The notes beneath the pieces were generated by a model. The model worked only from the letters and a program-made list of their open reading frames with translations, ran no database searches and was not told the DNA's origin. DNA of 64,000 nt from an uncultured Clostridia bacterium (GTDB lineage Bacteria > Bacillota > Clostridia > TANB77 > CAG-508). The DNA lies in contig CALXFE010000005.1 of assembly GCA_944387545.1 (NCBI GenBank), forward strand, positions 12,803 through 76,802. Direction: 5' to 3'. This document shows positions 57,150-64,000 of this stretch, in pieces; within the stretch, counting starts at the first letter, position 1; every line of letters starts with the position of its first letter. The position numbers and the translations under genes were made by a program.

Positions 57150-57986
57150 ATGAAGAAAATTAAAATTAAACATCCTAAGATTGTTTTTACAATTTTGATA
57201 TTAATATTATGTATATTAGCAATTTTGTACTATGATTTGATTTTCAAAAAAACCTATGCAAAAGATGAATTCACAAACCAAGTGGTAAAAATTGCTGAAC
57301 AAAATGAAAATCCTATATTTAAAATTCAAAAGATACTTATATATAGTAGTGCAAATGCAATTGATAAAAGTGAAAATGAATCTTTACAAGATTTAAGTAT
57401 TTTTCAATATAGCGATATTGCAATAACCTTAGATAATACAAGTACTGTATATGATATTACAAATGAAAACACAATAAAAGAATTATATATTGACAATATC
57501 AGTATATCTACTGGTTCTGATAAAGGAAATCAATATGTAGTGTATAAAAATCCGTTAGACTTTGCCAAATATAAAGAAATCAAAAAATCAGATAGTGATA
57601 AAATAGAATATAATATTGTCAATACCAATGAACAAAATAACAATACGGATTATTCAACTCCCACTTTTTACGCAGATTGCTCTAATCCAATCTCTTTAGA
57701 ATATATGAATCAAGATATTATAACAAATTATGCTGCATCATCTGATTCTAATACCATTTCATTCAATGGAAAGGTATTGCAAGAAGCTGGGATTGATTTA
57801 AACGATATAAATTATACGTTGAATTTCACGATTAATATTGTTAATAATGTAAATGAAAAATTTATTTGTCCTGTAAGACTTAAAGTAGATTTAAGTGGTG
57901 ATGATGGTGGTATTTATAAAGGATATAAATATGAGAATACAAGTGTTTCGGGATATGAATATAATTTTATTAAGATTGTAAAATAG
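57150..57986 (+). CDS. Hypothetical membrane-anchored extracellular protein
   Basis: N-terminal TM then an Asn/Ser/Thr-rich beta-type domain; RBS AGGAG 11 nt after the hydrolase stop. Confidence 0.75.
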   Translation: MKKIKIKHPKIVFTILILILCILAILYYDLIFKKTYAKDEFTNQVVKIAEQNENPIFKIQKILIYSSANAIDKSENESLQDLSIFQYSDIAITLDNTSTVYDITNENTIKELYIDNISISTGSDKGNQYVVYKNPLDFAKYKEIKKSDSDKIEYNIVNTNEQNNNTDYSTPTFYADCSNPISLEYMNQDIITNYAASSDSNTISFNGKVLQEAGIDLNDINYTLNFTINIVNNVNEKFICPVRLKVDLSGDDGGIYKGYKYENTSVSGYEYNFIKIVK

Positions 57987-58011
57987 TTTATAATCAATTA
58001 ATTATATAAGA

Positions 58012-58048
58012 GAGCCCATGATATTTATTTATAAAATATCATGGGTTC
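58012..58048. terminator. Terminator between convergent genes
   Basis: GAGCCCATGATATTT/AAATATCATGGGTTC inverted repeat. Confidence 0.7.
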
Positions 58049-58137
58049 TTATTTAAAAATCTATTCCATTATGCAACTTTCAATTTCATTATAATTTTTT
58101 ATCATTATCTATCATTAGCATAATCTTTATTTTAGGT

Positions 58138-60006
58138 CTAGTTTTGTTTCAATGCTCTAAATGAATTTAAAACTGCTAAAACAGTAACACCTACATCTGC
58201 AAAAACAGCTGCCCACATTGAAGCTAAACCAAAAGCACTTAATATTAAAACGCCTATTTTTACGATTAATGCAAAACTAATATTTTGGTATACAATCTTT
58301 AACGTCTTTCTTGATATTTTAATTGCTGTTGCAATCTTGGATGGTTCATCTGTCATAATAACAATATCTGCCGCTTCTATTGCTGCATCTGACCCCAATC
58401 CGCCCATTGCAATACCAATATCTGCTCTTGCCAATACTGGCGCATCATTGATACCGTCACCAATAAATGCTAATTTTGTATCTTCGTTTTTATTTTTCAA
58501 CAATTCTTCAAGTTTATTTACTTTATCTACTGGAAGCAATTCACTATATACTTCATCTAACTTTAATTCCTGATTTACTTTTTCTGCTACATCTTTATTA
58601 TCTCCTGTTAACATTACTGTTTTTTGTATACCTACTTTTTTCAATTCTTGAATGGCTTTTCTAGAATCTTCTTTAATCTTATCACTTATCAAAATATATC
58701 CTGCATATTGCTTACCAATAGCAACATATACAGCTGTTCCAATTTCATCTACTTGATTTATATTCTTTAAACCGATTGTTTCCATTAATTTTATATTTCC
58801 ACAAGCAATTTCTTTATTATCAATCTTACTAATAATTCCCTTTCCAGAAAATTCTTTACTATCTTCTATCCTATTTTTATCAATTTCTTTCCCATAAGCT
58901 TTTTGGATAGAACTTGATATTGGATGATTTGAATAACTTTCACAATAAGCTGCTAATTCTAATAACTCTTCTTTTGTTATCTCTTTTTCATTCGCAATCT
59001 TTTGTACTTCAAAGACACCTTCTGTCAAAGTACCTGTTTTATCAAATACCGCTATTTCTGTTTTAGATAATAACTCTAAATAATTACTTCCCTTTACTAA
59101 TATTCCTTTTTTGGATGCTGCTCCTATTCCACTAAAGAAGCTAAGTGGAACAGAAATAACTAATGCACATGGACATGATACCACTAAAAATGTAAGTGCT
59201 CTGTATACCCATTCTAGCATATCTGTTTTTGTTACCATCGGTGGGATAAATGCTATAAGTAAGGCTAAAAATACAACTATTGGTGTATAATATTTTGAAA
59301 ATTTTGTAATAAAGTTTTCTGTTTTTGCTTTTTTGTTTGTTGCATTTTCTACTAAATCTAATATTTTGCTGACAGTGGATTCTCCAAATTCCTTTTCTAC
59401 TTTTACTTCTAAAACGCCATTTACATTAATACATCCACTTAATATCTTATCATTTACCTTTATCTCTCTTGGAACAGACTCCCCTGTTAATGCTGATGTA
59501 TCTAACATGGAATTTCCATCGATTACCACTCCATCTAAAGGAACTTTTTCTCCTGGTTTTATAACAATTGTATCCCCAATTTTTACTTCTTCAGGTGATT
59601 TTTTTTCTATATTTCCATTTACTTTTAAATTTGCATAGTCTGGTCTTATATCCATTAAACTCGCAATAGATTTTCTAGATTTTTTTACAGCATAACTTTG
59701 GAAATACTCTCCCACTTGATAAAATAGCATAACCGCTACTGCTTCAGGAAATTCTTGTATTGCAAATGCACCAATTGTTGCAATACTCATTAAAAAGTTT
59801 TCATCAAATAATTCTCCATGAAAAATATTAATTACGGCTTTTTTTACAATTTCGAATCCTACAATTAAATAACTTAGTACATATAAAACTATTTGTATGA
59901 TAGATAGTATATTCTCATCTAAATTTATAAAATTAAATTTTCCAATACATATTGCTATTAAAAAGATGATAGCAGATATAACTATTTTTATTAATCTTTT
60001 TTTCAT
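58138..60006 (-). CDS. cadA: Cd/Zn-translocating P1B-type ATPase
   Basis: TGES, SCPCAL, DKTGTLT, SNHP, MLTGD and GDGINDAP motifs. Confidence 0.93.
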   Translation of the reverse strand: MKKRLIKIVISAIIFLIAICIGKFNFINLDENILSIIQIVLYVLSYLIVGFEIVKKAVINIFHGELFDENFLMSIATIGAFAIQEFPEAVAVMLFYQVGEYFQSYAVKKSRKSIASLMDIRPDYANLKVNGNIEKKSPEEVKIGDTIVIKPGEKVPLDGVVIDGNSMLDTSALTGESVPREIKVNDKILSGCINVNGVLEVKVEKEFGESTVSKILDLVENATNKKAKTENFITKFSKYYTPIVVFLALLIAFIPPMVTKTDMLEWVYRALTFLVVSCPCALVISVPLSFFSGIGAASKKGILVKGSNYLELLSKTEIAVFDKTGTLTEGVFEVQKIANEKEITKEELLELAAYCESYSNHPISSSIQKAYGKEIDKNRIEDSKEFSGKGIISKIDNKEIACGNIKLMETIGLKNINQVDEIGTAVYVAIGKQYAGYILISDKIKEDSRKAIQELKKVGIQKTVMLTGDNKDVAEKVNQELKLDEVYSELLPVDKVNKLEELLKNKNEDTKLAFIGDGINDAPVLARADIGIAMGGLGSDAAIEAADIVIMTDEPSKIATAIKISRKTLKIVYQNISFALIVKIGVLILSAFGLASMWAAVFADVGVTVLAVLNSFRALKQN

Positions 60007-60021
60007 CTTTGCACCTCTTTT

Positions 60022-60243
60022 CTAAATTGCTTTTAAAATTGTATCTGGCTCAATTTTTTTCACCAGTTTTTTTATTTGTTTTTCGATTTCTTTTTCTTTA
60101 TCTTCTTCTATTTCAATAATCATTTTCTCTGTAATAAAACTTACAGAGCATTCTTTAACCCCTTCTATATTTTTAACAGCATCTTCTATTTTTGCTGCAC
60201 AATTTGCACAATCTAAATCTTCTAATCTGTACTCCTTTTTCAT
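60022..60243 (-). CDS. Heavy-metal-associated (HMA) domain protein
   Basis: LDCANCAAKIE metal-binding motif. Confidence 0.9.
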   Translation of the reverse strand: MKKEYRLEDLDCANCAAKIEDAVKNIEGVKECSVSFITEKMIIEIEEDKEKEIEKQIKKLVKKIEPDTILKAI

Positions 60244-60309
60244 AAAATCTCTTTCCTTTCTCTTTATTTTATCTTCTCCTTTTTTTATTTTCTGAAATAT
60301 ATTTCTATC

Positions 60310-60672
60310 TTATTCTTTATTAATTGTGTGTAAAATACCATTTTCTATAATATGACGCGCACAAGTATCTGCTAATGAATAATATACATTTTTTCCCTCT
60401 CTTCTATATTTCACCAAGTTTGCCTCTTTTAGTATTTTTAGTTGATGTGATATTGCTGATTTTGTCATATTGATTAGTACTGCTAAATCACACACACACA
60501 TTTCATGAACATCTAAAGCCCATAATATTTTTATTTTTGTATTATCACTAAATATTTTATAAAAATTTGATAGAGCATCTATTTTTTTTTCAGATAACAT
60601 ATGCTCTTTTACAGTATCAACAACATCCTGATGAATACTATTGCAATCACACATTTCAATTCTTGCTACCAT
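60310..60672 (-). CDS. ArsR/SmtB-family metal-sensing repressor (CadC-like)
   Basis: CDCNSIH, MCVCDLA, SAISHQLKIL and EGKNVYYSL motifs. ATG 60672 follows AAAGGAG. Confidence 0.9.
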   Translation of the reverse strand: MVARIEMCDCNSIHQDVVDTVKEHMLSEKKIDALSNFYKIFSDNTKIKILWALDVHEMCVCDLAVLINMTKSAISHQLKILKEANLVKYRREGKNVYYSLADTCARHIIENGILHTINKE

Positions 60673-60695
60673 GCTTTTCTCCTTTCTATATACAG

Positions 60696-60756
60696 TTGAA
60701 TGCATATTCAATTATTTTTTTACTATATTATAGTTGAATTATCATTCAATTGTCAA
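60696..60756 (-). promoter_or_regulatory. cad operon promoter with two identical-core operators
   Basis: TTGACA (60751-60756)-18-TATAAT (60727-60732); TTGAAT-N4-ATTCAA at 60734-60749 and 60696-60711. Confidence 0.75.
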
Positions 60757-60840
60757 CACTTTTTATATTTTTTCTATTGAAATTTACGATATTTATGATT
60801 AAAATTTATTCTTTTTAATGGTAAGTTTAAAAAATAAAAT

Positions 60841-60870
60841 AAAGAATAAATGCACTAGCACTTATTCTTT
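60841..60870 (-). terminator. Intrinsic terminator after the small ORF
   Basis: AAAGAATAA..TGC/GCA..TTATTCTTT inverted repeat. Confidence 0.6.
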
Positions 60871-60898
60871 AAATGAATCGTTTTTTTATATTTTTAAT

Positions 60899-61117
60899 TT
60901 ACCACCATGTTTGCTCATCTAAAATATATCCCATACTTTTCATTTCTCTTTCAATTATTTCAGGTGTAGACTCTGTTGTATGCATCTGAACATTTCTTCC
61001 TTGTTTTATTAACTCGCAACATCTTTTTGTTTCTCTAGTATCATCATTAGTTAACCCTGAATATGAAAATGTTTTTTTATCATTATCTTTAAAAACAATT
61101 CTAAATAAATTTCGCAT
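60899..61117 (-). CDS. Small hypothetical protein, 72 aa
   Basis: Strong RBS AGGAGGTG before ATG 61117, with a downstream terminator. Confidence 0.65.
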   Translation of the reverse strand: MRNLFRIVFKDNDKKTFSYSGLTNDDTRETKRCCELIKQGRNVQMHTTESTPEIIEREMKSMGYILDEQTWW

Positions 61118-61669
61118 TTTAACACCTCCTAATAACATAATTATACTATTTCTATCTACCATAATTTTTGTTTTCTCATAATGCCTGTATAATATATCCA
61201 ATTCTAAATATTTTTTTAATCACAATTAGAATGAAATAAAAGCTAAAAAATTCTGAACAAAAGCATATTATTTAATGTAACTATATAATAACACCTTTTT
61301 ATATTTATCAAATATTTTCTAAACACATATAATATTTCAGGTTTTAATACTAACCATTTGTTTACGAATTTTCAATATTGAATGAAAATGTCTATTTTTT
61401 ATTATTTTATCTAATTCTATTTCTGTTTCTTTTACAAAAATTGCTAATATCAACAGGAATTTATATATTAATAATTTGATTTTTTAATTTTTTTATTGCA
61501 TCAATTTTGCTATCATTTGTTGCTGTTTCTATCTCAGTTTACCTTTATCGTTATTTCATTTTCTTGTTTTAAACTATACAACATTTTTTTATAAAAAACA
61601 AGTAAATATGTAAAATTTTATTTATAAATATTATTTAATCGTATTAAAATGGCATTTACCTATAAAAAT

Positions 61670-61715
61670 AAAAAATCTTGTAACTTAAATAATTTGAATA
61701 GTTACAAGATTTTTT
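61670..61715 (-). terminator. Terminator of the tRNA operon
   Basis: 16-bp inverted repeat AAAAAATCTTGTAACT/AGTTACAAGATTTTTT immediately after tRNA-Cys. Confidence 0.8.
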
Positions 61716-61718
61716 CAT

Positions 61719-61793
61719 TGGAGGCGACACCCGGATTCGAACCGGGGATCAGAGTTTTGCAGACTCGTGCCTTAGCCACTTGGCTATGTCGCC
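61719..61793 (-). tRNA. tRNA-Cys (GCA)
   Basis: GGCGACATAGCCAAGTGGCTAAGGCACGAGTCTGCAAAACTCTGATCCCCGGTTCGAATCCGGGTGTCGCCTCCA; cloverleaf with encoded CCA. Confidence 0.95.
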
Positions 61794-61835
61794 ATATATT
61801 AAATTATATGCTCTAATTTAAAAAATAGAACAAAT

Positions 61836-61911
61836 TGGAGCGGGAAACGGGGCTCAAACCCGCGACCTCTGCCTTGGCAAGGCAGCGCTCTATCAACTGA
61901 GCTATTCCCGC
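61836..61911 (-). tRNA. tRNA-Gly (GCC)
   Basis: GCGGGAATAGCTCAGTTGATAGAGCGCTGCCTTGCCAAGGCAGAGGTCGCGGGTTTGAGCCCCGTTTCCCGCTCCA. Confidence 0.95.
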
Positions 61912-61925
61912 ATTTCGCAAGTAAT

Positions 61926-61954
61926 ATGATAACAAATATATTGATAAAAGTCAA
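61926..61954 (-). promoter_or_regulatory. Sigma-A promoter of the tRNA operon
   Basis: TTGACT-17-TATCAT. Confidence 0.7.
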
Positions 61955-62126
61955 GACTTTTTAATGATATTGTCTTGACTTCCTCTAATTCATTTATGAT
62001 AATATCTTGACTTATCTGTAGTTTTGTCGATCATATGTCACACTTAGTTAATATTTATGCTGTTTAAAATCTTTCTTTATGACTACTGTTTTACTTTATA
62101 CATATATTCTTCATAGATATATTCTT

Positions 62127-63593
62127 CTAATCCCCTATAGGAGCAAAGTCATCTGTAACAATTGGCTTATCACTTGAAAAATCTTTTATTTCATAGCGTA
62201 ATAATTGGTTATATTCTTCTTCTTTATCTTTATTGATAGCTAAATTTCCTTTTATTCCCACTAAAATCAAGTTTTGTTCTTCGTCATTTTGACGGTCTGG
62301 ATTTACTTGAAAGATTCTTACATCATCAAATATTGCTCTATATGTGCTATATTCATATTTAATAAAATCCGAATCGTCCCCCTCAATTGAAGATAAAATA
62401 TTGGTAATTACAATCCCATTATCATTTAAGGCATTATATGCCTCTTGCATAGCCTCATAAGTTGTCAATTCAAATGGTGCATTTAACCCTTTAAAGGCAT
62501 CTATAAAAATCGTATCATATTTCTTTTTATTATAATTTAAATAACTTCTTCCATCTTGTGTAATCAAACCCAAATTGGGATTACTCTTATTTAAACCAAA
62601 TTCCTCTTCTGCGATTTTCGTCATTTTATCATCTATTTCTACGACATCTATTTTTTTATCTTCATATTTTTTTAAATAATGCATTGGATAGGTATATGCC
62701 GCTCCTCCTATCATCAATGCATCTTTTGCGTCTTTGTTATAATATTCAAATAAATCATAGTAGTATAAATATTTTGCTCCCATCTCTCCTGTTTCTTGGT
62801 TCATATAGGATTCTAGCCCAGTATCTACTTGTAGCGTTTTATATTGATTTTCCCCCACATTTATTTCTTTAACCCATATTCTGCTATATTCAGAATCTAC
62901 ATCACTTATAATTTCTGGATGTGAACTGCTAAAAAAGTATCCTCCTAATATATTCAATCCAACAATTACAATTAGTTCTAATATCATTAATGCATAGTAT
63001 TTTTTATCTTTTTTATTAAATAGATATGCAGATAAAATCCATAATAGCAATGTACATCCTAATATAATATTTCTTACACCTAAATTTGGTATTAGAACAA
63101 ATCCAGCAAAAAATGTTCCAAAAATGCTACCTATTGTAGATAATGATGATATTTTTCCTGAGGTTGTTCCTACATTATCTATACTATTGTTTTTGATTTT
63201 GACTGCTATGGGAGATACCGTAGCTAATAAAAAGCTTGGTATTCCAAAAGTTACTGTTGCACAGATAATTGCTACTAATACCAAATTATCTGATAATTGT
63301 GATAATACATCTATAAATTTTACCTCTAATATGGGTATACAGCTAGTAGCAATTGCTGATATTAGCAAATAATTCGATAAAATATTAATATCATTATCTT
63401 TGTTTTTGTCAGCTACTTTTCCTCCAAACCAATACCCTATACTCATACTTGTTAGCATAATTCCTATGATTGTTGTCCATATTAAATTCGAGCTTCCTAC
63501 ATATGGCGACAATATTCTTGCTGCTATTAATTCTAGCATCATTGTTAATGCACCACTTAAAAATACCGTTATTTCTAGTTTATATTTCTTCAT
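62127..63593 (-). CDS. Fused membrane domain / spermidine synthase-like methyltransferase
   Basis: N-terminal TM bundle (MMLELIAARIL, WTTIIG, GSIFG); C-terminal GGAAYT, VVEID, QDGRSYL and DAF; ends TDDFAP. Confidence 0.85.
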   Translation of the reverse strand: MKKYKLEITVFLSGALTMMLELIAARILSPYVGSSNLIWTTIIGIMLTSMSIGYWFGGKVADKNKDNDINILSNYLLISAIATSCIPILEVKFIDVLSQLSDNLVLVAIICATVTFGIPSFLLATVSPIAVKIKNNSIDNVGTTSGKISSLSTIGSIFGTFFAGFVLIPNLGVRNIILGCTLLLWILSAYLFNKKDKKYYALMILELIVIVGLNILGGYFFSSSHPEIISDVDSEYSRIWVKEINVGENQYKTLQVDTGLESYMNQETGEMGAKYLYYYDLFEYYNKDAKDALMIGGAAYTYPMHYLKKYEDKKIDVVEIDDKMTKIAEEEFGLNKSNPNLGLITQDGRSYLNYNKKKYDTIFIDAFKGLNAPFELTTYEAMQEAYNALNDNGIVITNILSSIEGDDSDFIKYEYSTYRAIFDDVRIFQVNPDRQNDEEQNLILVGIKGNLAINKDKEEEYNQLLRYEIKDFSSDKPIVTDDFAPIGD

Positions 63594-63614
63594 ATTTTCC
63601 TCTTCTTACCCTAT

Positions 63615-64000
63615 TTATTTTTTCTTACTTGTAGCTTTTTTAGTTTTTGTCTTTTTCGTATTCTTTGTTGCCTCTTTGTTTTTTGTGATATCTGATTTTT
63701 CAAATTCAAGTTTTTCTTCTGGATTCCATTTCTCTCCCTTTTTAGGTTTATTCCATGAGATATAATCACATGATTTAGGATTATTTTCACAAATATAGTA
63801 ATTTCTTTTTCTTTTTGTTTTTCTTACTTGAACTTTTGCTCCACATTTAGGACATGGTACATCTATGGTTTCAATAATTGGTTTTGCATTTTTACATTCT
63901 GGATATCCTGGACATGCCAAAAACTTTCCATATCTTCCATATTTATATACCATCATTCTTCCGCATTTTTCGCATTTTACATCTGAAACCTCATCCACCA
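63615..64000 (-). CDS. topA: DNA topoisomerase I, C-terminal zinc ribbons and Lys-rich tail (5' part outside the window)
   Basis: CEKCGRMM..GRYGKFLACPGYPEC and CPKCG..YYICENNPKSCDY. Confidence 0.85.
   Translation of the reverse strand, partial: VDEVSDVKCEKCGRMMVYKYGRYGKFLACPGYPECKNAKPIIETIDVPCPKCGAKVQVRKTKRKRNYYICENNPKSCDYISWNKPKKGEKWNPEEKLEFEKSDITKNKEATKNTKKTKTKKATSKKK

Noticed and set aside
57990-61719. tRNA-Cys-integrated genomic island carrying the cad operon
   Set aside because: No duplicated tRNA 3' end (att site) and no integrase were found.
62102-62127. Direct repeat ATATATTCTTC x2
   Set aside because: Low-complexity and short; expected by chance at this AT content.
207-63765. Numerous short opposite-strand ORFs in the track (e.g. 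207-443, 684-1001, 971-1393, 7077-7460, 45831-46319, 49332-49784)
   Set aside because: They overlap well-supported genes on the other strand, have Phe/Leu/Ser-rich shadow composition and lack RBSs.
1-64000. In-window DGR template repeat, reverse transcriptase, IS or prophage
   Set aside because: No second copy of the VR core (GCTGGAGTATTC, AGCTTCCG) was seen by eye, and no ORF shows RT, transposase, integrase or phage structural motifs.

Overview
64 kb of AT-rich (roughly 25-30% GC by eye) chromosomal DNA from a Bacillota/Clostridia-type bacterium. The GITLIALIITIIVLLILAGV pilin motif and gene content suggest an uncultured gut lineage such as TANB77/CAG-508; this is inference. Most of the window is housekeeping: a two-component pair, dnaG-rpoD, adhE, pflBA, RNA methyltransferases, mfd, topB, leuS, UDG, pgeF, addB, a fructose PTS operon with ptsH/ptsI, Ogg, rnc, a cad-type metal operon, tRNA-Cys/Gly and the 3' end of topA. 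No transposase, integrase, reverse transcriptase or CRISPR array is visible. The strongest unexplained signal is a type IV pilin-like gene (20844-22514, minus strand). Its last ~55 codons look like a diversity-generating retroelement (DGR) variable region: about 48% GC, rich in NNC codons, ending in a C-type-lectin-like GG...AG.F...SFR motif and followed by a hairpin. No template repeat or RT is present in the window, which suggests remote targeting. Second, a dispersed GGGAC-based palindromic repeat family (7 units at 4 intergenic loci) shows compensatory changes and abuts stop codons. Third, a 30-nt tandem-repeat coiled-coil gene is frameshifted at an A7 tract. Many start codons below were moved from the ORF track to fit ribosome-binding sites. 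All counts were made by hand and no database searches were run.
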